Of a stretch of 64,000 nt of DNA, positions 1-9,151 are shown one piece after another; the stretch's first letter is position 1, and every line of letters begins with the position of its first letter. The position numbers and the translations under genes are program-made. The notes under the pieces were generated by a model that saw only the letters and a program-made list of their open reading frames with translations, was not told the origin of the DNA and did not search any database. Source of the stretch: an uncultured bacterium (lineage in GTDB: Bacteria; Patescibacteriota; Minisyncoccia; UBA6257; 2-01-FULL-56-20); the NCBI GenBank assembly GCA_963830935.1, contig CAWHOC010000018.1, forward strand, positions 3,402 through 67,401, given 5' to 3'.

Positions 1-304
1 ACCACGCTAAACCGGCAGGGGAATGACGTCGGTACCCAATATCGTTCCGCGATATTCTATGACGACGCCGGCGCAGAAAGTCGCTGCGGAAAAGTTCATC
101 GCAGAGCTCAATGCGTCCGATCCCAAAGGGAAGCCGGTCGTCACCGAAGTGGTCCCGCTCGGCGAGTTCTATGAGGCCGAGGATTATCACCGGCAATATT
201 TCAAAAACCATCCGAACGCCGGATACTGCCAGATCATCATCGAGCCGAAAGTGGAAAAGTTGCAAAAACAGTTTGCAAATCTATTGAAAGAAAAATCAAA
301 ATAA
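1..304 (+). pseudogene. msrA: peptide-methionine (S)-S-oxide reductase MsrA; 5' end outside window, one frame change
   Basis: Frame 1 reads ..[14 protein letters not shown]. Frame 2 (ORF 23..304) continues ..[33 protein letters not shown], the MsrA C-terminal signature. One extra base lies between 61 and 73. Confidence 0.85.
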
Positions 305-322
305 ATTTAATGATATTAAATC

Positions 323-704
323 ATGAAAACCGACGAAGAATTAAAAGAGGAAAATCCGGAACTCTACCACGTCGCCCGCGAAGGCGGCACGAGGGCGCAT
401 TCAAGGGAAAATATTGGAACGAGCACTCGAAGGGAATGTACAAGTGCGCCGTCTGCGGCACCGAACTTTTTTCATCCGACACCAAGTTCGATTCGGAATC
501 CGGCTGGCCAAGCTTTACCGAACCGGTCAACCTGGAGAAAGTGGAACTGAGGACCGACCTCAGTTTCGGCATGGCGCGCACCGAAGTGATCTGCAAGACC
601 TGCGGCGCACACCTCGGCCACGTCTTTGACGATGGTCCGGAGGAAAAGGCGGCAAGCGATACTGCATCAACTCGGTATGCTTGGAACTGGAGAAGAAAGA
701 CTAA
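323..704 (+). pseudogene. msrB: peptide-methionine (R)-S-oxide reductase MsrB, two frame changes
   Basis: MKTDEELK..YHVAREGGT | EGAFKGKYWNEH..CAVCGTELFSSDTKFDSESGWPSF..CKTCGAHLGHVFDDGPEEK | GGKRYCINSVCLELEKKD*. Two CxxC pairs are present. Breaks lie near 391 and at A-run 644-647. Confidence 0.85.
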
Positions 705-2155
705 AGCGCCGCCAGATCCAGCGTCTGATCGATCCGTATCTGCTTCACAAAGTCCGGAACGTGGCTGACAAGGATCATCGCGCCCTCGTAGCGATCGAGC
801 GCTTTCGCGATGATCGGAATATGGCGGAAGTTGATGTGGTTCGTCGGCTCGTCGAGGATAAGAAGGCCGGGCGCTTCAAGCGATAATTGTGCGAAGGCGA
901 CGAGGCCTTTCTGGCCTTCGGAGAGCGAGCCGATCTTTGCGCGGAGCAATTCCGCGTCTATCAAAAATCCTGCCGCGTGCGAACGGAGCTTCTTCGTGAT
1001 CGCCTTCGCGCATCGCGCGTGCGAGCGTGTCCCAGACGGTGGCATCAAAATCGAGCGTGGAAAAATCCTGGCGGTAATAGCCGATGCGGGTGCCTGGTGT
1101 GACGATCTCGCCTTTGGCATGGCCGGTGGCAAGCGCTTCAAGCAGTGTGGTCTTCCCGATCCCGTTCGGGCCCAACGAGATGCAGGCGCTCGCCTTTCTT
1201 GAGATCAACCTTCACTTTTTTAGCGACCGCTTTGTGATTTTTGATGACGTTCACGGAAGTGAGTTCCAGAATGCGGCCGCTGATATCTTCCTGGCAGGGG
1301 ATGGCAAACTGCCGGATCGTGCGATCCTCCTGACGCGATTCCGGAATATCTTCCTCGAGCTCGTCGATCTTGTTCCACATTTTTTTGGCAACGTCGCGCA
1401 TGTGTCCGCCTTTCTGCGCGAAGAAGTTCGCCTGATCCTTGCGGTGCTGGATCTCTTTCTCGAGCCGCACTTTCTTCATGCGCTCGCGCTCCAGCCGCGC
1501 CGTGATCTCCGTCACCACATCAAAATAGTTGCCCACGTACTGCTCAACTTTTTTCGTGAAGCTGTCAAGATAGAGCACGCCTTGCGTGAACGCGTTCAAA
1601 AAATCGGCGTCGTGGGAAATCACGATGCACGTTTTCTGTGAATCCTTAATGAACTGGGTAAGATGTTCGATGCCCGCGTGGTCGAGATTGTTGGTCGGCT
1701 CGTCGAGCAGGAGCACATCCGGGTCCTGGATGATCGCGTGCGCAAGGAGCAAGCGCGCCTGCTGACCGCCGGAAAAGCTGCCGAACTTTCCGGTCGAGCG
1801 GCGCCGACAAGGTTCACCACGTCGAGCACTTTCTTGATGCGCGGCTCGATATCGTACATTTCTTGCCGGGAAACGCGGCGTTAAAAAAATCTAAAACGGT
1901 GGAATCCAGTTGGTCGCGGGGGATCACCTGCCGCGCCATCGCCATCGTAAGGCCGCCCTCCACGATCACGTCGCCTTCCTCCGGGTGCAGCTCGCCCGCG
2001 ATCAGCCGGAACATCGTGCTCTTGCCCGCGCCATTCTGTCCCATCAGCGTGATCTTCGCCCCGCGCCGCACGGAAAAAGTGGCCTCGCTCAAAATAGGCT
2101 TCTTGCCGTACACAAACGTCACATTATTGAATCGGAGGATTACTTCGTTTGCCAT
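701..2155 (-). pseudogene. ABC-F family ATPase (two ABC cassettes, no TM domain), about 4 frame changes
   Basis: GQNGAGKST .. FSGGQQARLLLA..LLLDEPTNNLD .. VGPNGIGKTTLL .. LSEGQKGLV..LILDEPTNHI. Pieces lie in ORFs 1814..2155, 1620..1859, 1138..1752, 876..1208 and 701..1141. Confidence 0.85.
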
Positions 2156-2256
2156 GAGTGTTTAAGTTATTTAACAATAGAACAACGCGCGGTCTGCGCG
2201 TCGTGAGGTCAGTATAATATATTTTCTATGGTTTGGCGAGTTCAAAGCACCTCGAT

Positions 2257-2286
2257 AAAAAACCGTGAGCGGATGAATGCTCACGG
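2257..2286 (-). terminator. intrinsic terminator downstream of the 2367..2895 gene
   Basis: Stem CCGTGAGC (2263-2270) / GCTCACGG (2279-2286) with an 8-nt loop. On the minus strand it is followed by a T6 run (plus-strand A-run 2257-2262). Confidence 0.6.
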
Positions 2287-2366
2287 TAAAAGCTTGCGAT
2301 CATACGACGAGTTCTCGGATACCCGGACTGGTCGGCGCTTCTTCACGATCGTGCGAATCAATGTCG

Positions 2367-2895
2367 TCATCCGCAAGTATTCCTGACCCATCGGGCCAGG
2401 AGGAAAAGAAAAATTCTTGGCATTTTTCCATTCCCGCATTGGCTTTCTCGGCTTCTTGTTGAGCGGCGCATAACCGCTTTTGTTTTTCCCCGAGGGGTGT
2501 CTCGGCTAAGACTCAACTCCGCTCTAATTTCCATAACCTTAAGCAGAGCGTCGCTAGCGGCGGTAATTTTCCCCTCGAGTATGCCACGGGCCCACAGTCG
2601 AAACTTTCGCCGTTCTTCCAGGGTAGCCGGGAAAAGTTTTCCTTTTTGTGCAAGGACAACTTTCCAATACTGAATAGTGGTAAGTGCCGGACCGAATCGC
2701 AAGTAGCACACCAGGACTATGCCAAAGACAAAACATGTGTCCACGGCAATCGTCAGCATCGCAAGCGTCCAATTCCGGGAAAAAAGGACGTATACGACAT
2801 CAATGAGCCCTGTGAGCATCCCCCAACAATAGAAAAACAGTCATCAACGCGTCATACTGGTTGGCAAGCTTCGGGCTGATGGTTCCTGATCGCAT
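2367..2895 (-). pseudogene. hypothetical membrane protein
   Basis: ORF 2367..2819 has hydrophobic helices. A better start (ATG 2895) follows GGAGGA and is one frame off, joined through a G5/C5 run at 2820-2824. No family recognised. Confidence 0.4.
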
Positions 2896-2978
2896 ACCCC
2901 TCCTCCAATCACCTGAGAGAAACTGGGGATAGCATACACATGCGGACTCCTCTTTGGAAAGGGAGTAGAGGCGTGGGA

Positions 2979-3941
2979 CTATTTCTTTGCTTTAATTGTA
3001 TTCAAAAGCTTCTGTACTTTCTTCAAACTCTCGTCATCAATGATAGAGATTGCGATGACCTTCGGGTCTATTTTTTTGAGCTTGGTGAGAATGGATTTCA
3101 ACTGCTTTGCGTCCACCACATCCGATTTCGTCAAAAAAGATGCTCCGGCTTTTTGAGGAGTGCCTTGCTGTACGCGCCGAGCTCGGCGCGGATCGTTTTA
3201 TAATCGGCGACCGGAGTGGGGGATTCGGCTGAGATGAAGTGGAAGAGCGTGCGCGTGCGCTCGATGTGGCGCAGGAAGCGCGTGCCAAGCCCTTTGCCCT
3301 CGGACGATCCCTCGATAAGCCCCGGGATGTCCGCCAGGATCAGTTCGTAATAGGTGCCGAGGTTCGGCTCGAGCGTGGTAAAAGCGTAATTCGCCACCTT
3401 ACTCTTAGCATTCGTGAGCTCGTTCAATAAGCTGGACTTTCCAACATTCGGTAAACCGACGAAGCCGACGTCGGCGATGAACTTCAGCTCCAGGCGGAAC
3501 TCAAACGATTCGCCAGGCAAACCGGGCTGGAATTGTTTTGGCGTGGTATTGCGCGACGAGCGGAAAAGAAAATTGCCTTTGCCACCATTGCCGCCCTTGG
3601 CGAGCAACACGCGCTCGCCGACGTGTTCGATCTCGAAGTCATCGCCCGTCGTCAGGTTGTGTGCGATCGTGCCAACCGGCACTTTCAGGATAAGGTCCCG
3701 CGGCATCGTGCCCATCGCGGAACTGGCCGCGACCATCAGCGCCGTCTGCGGCGGCGAATTCTTTTTTAAAGCGGAACTGGCCAAGCGCAGAGAGATCGGA
3801 CACTCCTTCCGCGTAAACACTGCCGCCCAAACCGCCACTCCCGCCCGCCGGTCCCAGCGACATTAAATTCTTATTAAAAGCCACGGCGCCTTTGCCGCCG
3901 TGTCCCGCTGAGATCCGAACGTTTACATCATCGATGAGCAT
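2979..3941 (-). pseudogene. obg: GTPase Obg/CgtA, two frame changes
   Basis: MLIDDVNVRISAGHGGKGAVAF..GGSGGLGGSV (Obg fold) | DLILKVPVGT..LLAKGGNGGKGN..VGLPNVGKSSLLN..DIPGLIEG | LTKSDVV... Breaks lie at the A6 run 3133-3138 and near 3700. Confidence 0.9.
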
Positions 3942-4006
3942 ATATGTTCATCATACAGGGGAATGGGGATTAATGAAAAGATTTGTTCGAATCCCCCTCT
4001 CTCCAA

Positions 4007-4973
4007 CTAGGTTTGCATCCTGATTGCACCGGTCAACGTTTGAAGAATATCTGATGGGGAGTTTTGAATCCGAGGCGCTTTCTCGGACGGTCGTTCAGTC
4101 TGCTTCACCGCATGAGCGAGTTCTTTGGCAGTGATCAGGTTGAAGTCGAGGGATCTTGGGAAATACTGCCGCAAGAGTCCGTTCGTGTTCTCATTCGTGC
4201 CACGCTCCCAGAAGTGATACGGATATGCAAAATATACCATCGCGCCGCTTTTTTCCTCGAGCCGTTCCCAATCGGAAAACTCCGGTCCGTTGTCGAGCGT
4301 AAAGGTCTTGCGCTTTGCCCGAGGAATACGATGAAAATATTGGAGCGCAAGGGTGGTGAGCAGCTCGGCGCGCATCTTGGGAAGAAGGTATGCAATCAGG
4401 TATCCGCTCCGACGATCCACGAAGGTCACGATGCGTACGCGTTTGTCGCGCCCCTGGATGGTGTCGCCCTCCCAGTCGCCGAGCCGTCCGCGGCGTTCGA
4501 TAATCGTCGGGACGCTCATCAATACGGCGCTTCTTTGCTTGCTCCCGCCGCTCGTCACGGATCTTGGTGCCACGCTTCCTGCGATATCTGCCTTTTTGTT
4601 GCCGCAGATATTGCTTGAGGTGCGGTGCTCGCCCGTGAATATATCGATATATGGTGCTTGCGTGTACCGAGCATCAAGACCCCCGCGATCTGTTCCGGCG
4701 ATTCATGTTCCTTAAGGAGCTTCACGACCGTCCGCAAGAAGAGCGCCTTTCATGCTTCGCGTGCCTTCCATGGCGGCAATGCGGGTGATACGTTTTTTTC
4801 TTCTCACTTCGCGCTGCATCGTATGCGTCTCTTCCGCCCTGTGCGCGGATGTGACGAGAAACGGCGCTATGATCCTTGCCAATCGCTTCGGCAATCGCCC
4901 GAATGCTGTATCCAGCCCGCAGCATGCGGGCGATGACCGACCAATCCTCCTTTCCGATGTGAGTATGTGACAT
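4007..4973 (-). pseudogene. IS30-family DDE transposase, at least 4 frame changes
   Basis: N-terminal HTH (WSVIARMLRAGYSIRAIAEAIG), ESPEQIAGVL, ERRGRLGDWEGDTIQG..FTLDNGPEFS..YFAYPYHFWERGTNENTNGLLRQY, split over ORFs 4722..5033, 4555..4737, a third frame and 4007..4573. Confidence 0.8.
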
Positions 4974-5048
4974 ATCCCCAGAGCATGAGGCATGGAAAAT
5001 GGCGGTGCAATTAGCCTGCAAACTTTGGTGCAATCAGAATGCGAATCC
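4010..5048 (-). mobile_element. IS30-family insertion sequence
   Basis: Imperfect terminal inverted repeats GGTTTGCATCCTGATTGCACC (4010-4030) and GGTGCAATCAGAATGCGAATCC (5027-5048) enclose a DDE transposase. The ORF ends inside the left IR. Confidence 0.8.
5004..5023. repeat. extra IS30 IR-like copy in tandem with the right IR
   Basis: GGTGCAATTAGCCTGCAAAC matches the reverse complement of the left IR at 17/20 positions. It lies 3 nt from the outer copy at 5027-5048. Confidence 0.6.
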
Positions 5049-5060
5049 ACTCCATCAGCA

Positions 5061-5089
5061 TTGACATAATACAAATAAAATGTATTATA
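5061..5089 (+). promoter_or_regulatory. sigma70-like promoter at the IS30 boundary
   Basis: TTGACA (5061-5066), a 16-17 nt spacer, then TATTAT/ATTATA (5083-5089). Confidence 0.35.
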
Positions 5090-5110
5090 TGACCAGACAG
5101 CCAACTCATC

Positions 5111-5302
5111 ATGAGGTGGCTAAGTGGAGGAATCATGCTTGGCGATGAGGTAGATACTCGGTCAACACCTGTTGAAATCGGAGCTCTTTGTCCCGTTTGT
5201 TGCAACGGCAATATTGACGAGGATCTTCAATGTCAAAATTGCGACACAGAGTTTTGTTCGCAGTGTGGCGGATTGATTCGCAGTCGAGATGCGGGCGAAT
5301 AA
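5111..5302 (+). CDS. small Cys-rich (zinc-ribbon-like) hypothetical protein
   Basis: CPVCC..CQNC..CSQCG motifs. The start could instead be ATG 5135. No family recognised. Confidence 0.3.
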   Translation: MRWLSGGIMLGDEVDTRSTPVEIGALCPVCCNGNIDEDLQCQNCDTEFCSQCGGLIRSRDAGE

Positions 5303-5387
5303 ATTTCGCCAGTGTCGGTGCGATAAGGATGAAGGAGACGAGGAGAAAGAGCTTGTGTAAGGGTTACGGCTGGTGCACTCGGGCTAG

Positions 5388-5426
5388 GAGCTAGGTTCTA
5401 AACTTTGAACCTAGCTCATTTTTTTA
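5388..5426 (+). terminator. intrinsic terminator
   Basis: 11-bp stem GAGCTAGGTTC (5388-5398) / GAACCTAGCTC (5407-5417) followed by a T7 run. Confidence 0.55.
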
Positions 5427-5473
5427 TCCTATATTGAAGCCCATTTTTTCGAACGTCGTCCCACACTGCCTTC

Positions 5474-6184
5474 CTACATGCTCGCCTCCGACTCTTCCGA
5501 TTTGATTTGTTCCAAAATTTTATCCGCCACCTGCTCGGGCGTGTCTACTTCCAAGCCGCGCGCACGCGCCTGCTCGGCATAGGCATCGGCGGTTTCCGGC
5601 CGGGCATTGACCGAATTTTTCCCAAAGCTCGTCGCCGTCATCTTGGGATGGAAGACGCTTACCACTATGTGATCTTTCTCGAGCTCCGCGCGGGCGGTGA
5701 GCGAGATCGCGTTCAGCGCGTACTTCGTAGATGCATATGCGGAAAGATTCGGGTAATAATTCTTGGAAACCCGCGAGCTGATATTGAGGATCATCCCGCC
5801 GCCCTGTTCACGCATTTTCGGGATCACAAGCTGCATCGCATAGAGCGGCGCATACACGTTCAAGTTCATAATGTGCTTATATTTGTCGATGTCGATATTT
5901 TCCGCAGGACTGTACATGCCCTGACCAGCGTTGTTGATCAAAATATCAATACGGCCGTCGATCTCCATCGTCCGGTCGATCAGATTTTGGATGTCCGCCT
6001 GCTGGGTCATGTCGGTATGCACGGCGACGGAGCCCACGAGCTCGTGCGCGAGCGCGGCAAGCTTCTCGTCCGAACGCGCGGCGAGCACCACTTTTGCGCC
6101 GGCGTGCGCCAGCTTCCGCGCGATAGCTTCACCGATGCCATCCGACGCGCCCGTCACGATGATGACCTTATTCTTTATCTCCAT
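5474..6184 (-). CDS. SDR-family short-chain dehydrogenase/reductase
   Basis: Intact 236-aa ORF with TGASDGIGEA (TGxxxGxG), NNAG, and S..YxxxK (YASTKYAL). Confidence 0.85.
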   Translation of the reverse strand: MEIKNKVIIVTGASDGIGEAIARKLAHAGAKVVLAARSDEKLAALAHELVGSVAVHTDMTQQADIQNLIDRTMEIDGRIDILINNAGQGMYSPAENIDIDKYKHIMNLNVYAPLYAMQLVIPKMREQGGGMILNISSRVSKNYYPNLSAYASTKYALNAISLTARAELEKDHIVVSVFHPKMTATSFGKNSVNARPETADAYAEQARARGLEVDTPEQVADKILEQIKSEESEASM

Positions 6185-7253
6185 GCTTATCTACTACAGT
6201 GCCATTGACCGCATCTTTCAGTTCCGGCGCGGGCGCGCCCTCAAGTAACGCGAATAGTTTGTTCTGGATGATCATCGCCTCAGCGGTGCGATGGAGCTCC
6301 TGCTCCTTGCGTTCCGGATAGCGCGCCTTGAGTTGAGTGATGAGGATATGGATATCGCGATCCTCGGCCACAATATTTTCTTTCTTACGGATCTCCTGAA
6401 CGACCAAACTCATGCGAAGGTCATCCTCGATGAGCGTGCGCTCGTCTTTTTCCAACTGTTCGGCGGTCTTGCCGACCTGCTTCAAATATTCCTCAAGCGA
6501 GAGACCGGCGGTCTTCAACTGTTCATCGCGATCCGCCAAAAATTCATACAATTCCTGGTCCACGAGCAGCTGCGGCACATTTATTTTGGCGTGCTTTACG
6601 ATCTCCTTGATCATTTCTTCACGGCGGCCGTCCTTCATGTGCAGGACCTTTTCCTGTTCAAGCTGCTTTTTGAGCTCCGCGCGGAAATCCGCAACCGTGT
6701 TGAAGTTGCCGAACTGCTTGACCGTCTCGTCGGTGAGCGGGGGAACGGGCGCGTCCTTTGCAGCGTTCGCCATCGGCGCGATCATCTTCTGGATCCGCTC
6801 GAGCGCCTCATCAATGTCTTTTTCCGTCACATCGGTCGGATCCTTTCGTTCAAAAATCGTCTTGCCGATCTTTTTATAGTCAGGAAGCGAGATACCCGGG
6901 AAAAGCGCGTAACGGATCTTGAACTCAAGTGGGTTCTTGGGCGCGATCTTCGTGATGACGACCTGCGGCCGTCCGACGATGTTCAGCTTCTCATCCTGCG
7001 CGATCTCCTGCATGGCATCACGCACCGCTTCGTTCGCGGCGTTCTCCAAAAGCTCCATCTCGCCGATATGCTCGCGCACTTTCTCCTGCGGCACTTTGCC
7101 CTTGCGGAAACCGGGGAGTGCAAAATCCTCGGCCAGCTCCGCGAGCGCCGCCAATGAATATTTGTCCAACAGCGCCACTGGCACCTCTGCTTGAAACTCG
7201 ATGTCGCCGTTCTTCTCGCTCAGTTTCTTTAATTTTGTATATGATTTTTCCAT
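6168..7253 (-). CDS. tig: trigger factor, short form apparently lacking the FKBP/PPIase domain
   Basis: MEKSYTKL.. with the ribosome-binding signature GFRKGKVP. The N-terminal and C-terminal arm regions are recognisable, but at about 361 aa there is no PPIase segment. Confidence 0.8.
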   Translation of the reverse strand: MEKSYTKLKKLSEKNGDIEFQAEVPVALLDKYSLAALAELAEDFALPGFRKGKVPQEKVREHIGEMELLENAANEAVRDAMQEIAQDEKLNIVGRPQVVITKIAPKNPLEFKIRYALFPGISLPDYKKIGKTIFERKDPTDVTEKDIDEALERIQKMIAPMANAAKDAPVPPLTDETVKQFGNFNTVADFRAELKKQLEQEKVLHMKDGRREEMIKEIVKHAKINVPQLLVDQELYEFLADRDEQLKTAGLSLEEYLKQVGKTAEQLEKDERTLIEDDLRMSLVVQEIRKKENIVAEDRDIHILITQLKARYPERKEQELHRTAEAMIIQNKLFALLEGAPAPELKDAVNGTVVDKHGDKE

Positions 7254-7262
7254 AGCCGCTTG

Positions 7263-7291
7263 ATTGTACCGTAAGATCAAACTATATCCAA
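7263..7291 (-). promoter_or_regulatory. promoter of tig (near-leaderless)
   Basis: Minus strand: TTGGAT, 17 nt, TACAAT, 9 nt, then ATG at 7253. Confidence 0.45.
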
Positions 7292-7308
7292 GAGCGCCTC
7301 AGATGTTA

Positions 7309-7337
7309 TTGACATGATGATCATGGTTGGGTACGCT
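7309..7337 (+). promoter_or_regulatory. promoter of the 7343 ORF (leaderless)
   Basis: TTGACA (7309-7314), 17 nt, TACGCT (7332-7337), 5 nt, then ATG at 7343. Confidence 0.45.
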
Positions 7338-7342
7338 AATAG

Positions 7343-7672
7343 ATGGCACATCTGCCCCAGGGGCATCAAATGTCTTCTCACCTTGTGGTGACGGAAGCAA
7401 CCGCAAAAATACCCACCGGCGAACGCTGCTGCGATCTCATAGAGAAACTATCACTTTATGAACTGCATGCATTGTTCTACAAAGACCTGGATTTCCAGGT
7501 ATGGTTTCTCAACCACGTCCTTGAGGGCAAGTGCGAACCCTGCGCGAAAAAACTCCGGGATTGTCACCCCGTGGTAAACGAAAGGGAATTCCGTATGCGG
7601 ATAGCCGAATATCTTCATTCGGGACAAGCACAACTCGCAAACTTTCGGCAATCGGCCACATCGGCCGCATAG
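7343..7672 (+). CDS. hypothetical protein
   Basis: 109-aa ORF directly behind a consensus-like promoter. No family recognised. Confidence 0.35.
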   Translation: MAHLPQGHQMSSHLVVTEATAKIPTGERCCDLIEKLSLYELHALFYKDLDFQVWFLNHVLEGKCEPCAKKLRDCHPVVNEREFRMRIAEYLHSGQAQLANFRQSATSAA

Positions 7673-7722
7673 GCAACCTCATCGCACGATCCATACCAAG
7701 ATCGTGCGTTTTTCTATTTTAT

Positions 7723-7729
7723 TTCCAAA
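7723..7729. repeat. target-site duplication, left copy (TTCCAAA)
   Basis: Identical 7-mer flanks both ends of the IS1595-family element (7723-7729 and 8638-8644). Confidence 0.7.
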
Positions 7730-8637
7730 GGGTAATGTCTAACTTCTGCCACCAAATTTCTTTCGGGCGATGAGTTCGAATAGAATCTTTTCTTGATCTG
7801 ATAATGGGATATTTCGATGGTTGAATCGCCAAGCGATCTCACCGACAAAGAGCGGGAGATGCTTTCTCCGCATGCCGCCAATACAGGAAAGCTTGCGTTT
7901 CAAAATACCCCAAAACCCTTCGATATGGTTAGTATGGATTTCACCACGCGCCAACTCACCGCCATCATGGTCGACATATTCATGCCGCCATCCGTGCTTT
8001 GGTAGCATGCGATACATTTTGAATCCATCGGTATATACAAACGCATGAGGGACGACCCGCTTCCGGAGCAGGAAGAGGATGAAGTGGATATCGAGCTTCT
8101 TTGGTTCTACGATGACGAAGGCCTTGCCCGAAGCGCGATCAAAAAGGCCGACAATGGGCAGTTTGTCGGTGCCGTGCCCTTTCTTCGCCTTGATCCTCCG
8201 GATATGCAAACGCTTGTTCTTGCGCTGGCCGCCGATATACGTCTCGTCGAGCTCGACGGGTCCATGGAATATCGGCAAGACATCAGCGGTCATGCAGATG
8301 CGAAGATGGTTCAGCATGTGTAGTACGCGGCATCGTGGAATGGAGGTTTCGCGCATGACGGCTTTCATTGTTCGCTCGCGGACGAATGTCGCGATGCAAT
8401 CTTTCCACTCATCAGTGGTTGAGCGGATACCCGATACCGGATATCGCTTCACGCTGAATTCCCGGCGACACTTTTTACACTTTCTTTTCTCTCTCCGCAA
8501 TCTCCACGACCGACCGAACGAACAATACGGACACGTTATTTTGGTGGCAATGTTAGACATTCCACCAGTATGCGGCGAAATCCTTTATGCTGCCGCAAAA
8601 AATGAAGATACAGAGGTGGCAAACTTAGACATTACCC
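7730..8637 (-). mobile_element. IS1595-family insertion sequence
   Basis: Terminal IRs GGGTAATGTCTAACTTCTGCCACC (7730-7753) and GGTGGCAAACTTAGACATTACCC (8615-8637), flanked by the direct repeat TTCCAAA. Encodes an intact transposase. Confidence 0.85.
7739..8560 (-). CDS. IS1595-family (ISXO2-like) transposase
   Basis: Intact 273 aa. N-terminal zinc ribbon CPYC..CKKC, then DETYIGG..GHG..DGFKMY..HEYVDH..HTNHIEGFW typical of the family. Confidence 0.9.
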   Translation of the reverse strand: MSNIATKITCPYCSFGRSWRLRREKRKCKKCRREFSVKRYPVSGIRSTTDEWKDCIATFVRERTMKAVMRETSIPRCRVLHMLNHLRICMTADVLPIFHGPVELDETYIGGQRKNKRLHIRRIKAKKGHGTDKLPIVGLFDRASGKAFVIVEPKKLDIHFILFLLRKRVVPHAFVYTDGFKMYRMLPKHGWRHEYVDHDGGELARGEIHTNHIEGFWGILKRKLSCIGGMRRKHLPLFVGEIAWRFNHRNIPLSDQEKILFELIARKKFGGRS

Positions 8638-9144
8638 TTCCAAAATACGATATTCCTGTTCTCCGCCGGGCGCCTTGATCGTCACGATATCATTCTTTTC
8701 ATGCCCGAGGAGCGCGGCACCGAGCGGCGAGGTGTGCGAGATGCGTCCGCGCGAGGGATCGGTCTCGGACGAGCCGACGATGCGGAATGTTTTTTGCGTC
8801 GCGCCGCTGGCCTTTTTTATTTCCAAAACCACCGTGGATCCCAATCGGATCCTTCCGGAAGCGTCGGTGCCGGCAGGGATCACTATAATGCGCTTGAGCT
8901 GATCCTCTATATTTAAGATCTGTCCTCGCGTGCGACGCAGGATCCCTTTCGATTCTTTATACTCCGCATTGTCGGAACGATCACCGTACGCGGCGGTGCG
9001 CGCCGCTTCTTCGATCACAGCGGGCAGCGAATCCTTCAGTCGCGCGAGTCGCGCCTCCAAACGCTTTACACCCTCGGGCGTAAGATATACCGGTTCGGTG
9101 TTCGGCGGGGGACGGCGGCTCCATTGTCTCCTGGGGATCTGCAT
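8632..9144 (-). CDS. greA: transcription elongation factor GreA; last codons and stop supplied by the IS1595 IR
   Basis: YLTPEGVKRLEARLARLK..AAYGDRSDNAEYKESK..RIRLGSTVVLE..FRIVGSSETDP..ISHTSPLGAALLGH. The stop TAA at 8632-8634 lies inside the IS right IR. Confidence 0.9.
   Translation of the reverse strand: MQIPRRQWSRRPPPNTEPVYLTPEGVKRLEARLARLKDSLPAVIEEAARTAAYGDRSDNAEYKESKGILRRTRGQILNIEDQLKRIIVIPAGTDASGRIRLGSTVVLEIKKASGATQKTFRIVGSSETDPSRGRISHTSPLGAALLGHEKNDIVTIKAPGGEQEYRILEG
8638..8644. repeat. target-site duplication, right copy (TTCCAAA)
   Basis: See 7723-7729. Confidence 0.7.
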
Positions 9145-9151
9145 GGCTCCC

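Noticed and set aside
61-74. Quadruplet decoding by the odd tRNA. The msrA +1 site contains an in-frame GGCA (70-73), which an expanded UGCC anticodon could read, giving FYDDA-A-QKV.
   Set aside because: Other localised breaks do not fit. The two msrB sites and the obg A-run site are -1 type (missing bases). The LAGLIDADG, the other obg site and the amidohydrolase +1 sites sit at AAAA, GCGG or GTCG, not GGCA. A single hit is compatible with chance, and a simple G insertion explains it.
5507-6208. Long ORFs antisense to or overlapping real genes, e.g. 5507..6208, 6291..7157, 13111..14058, 17354..18040, 24820..25572, 50067..50912, 59684..60514, 62531..63307.
   Set aside because: They mirror strongly supported genes on the other strand. 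Their Arg/His/Asp-rich low-complexity translations are typical of GC-rich antisense frames, and they lack motifs.
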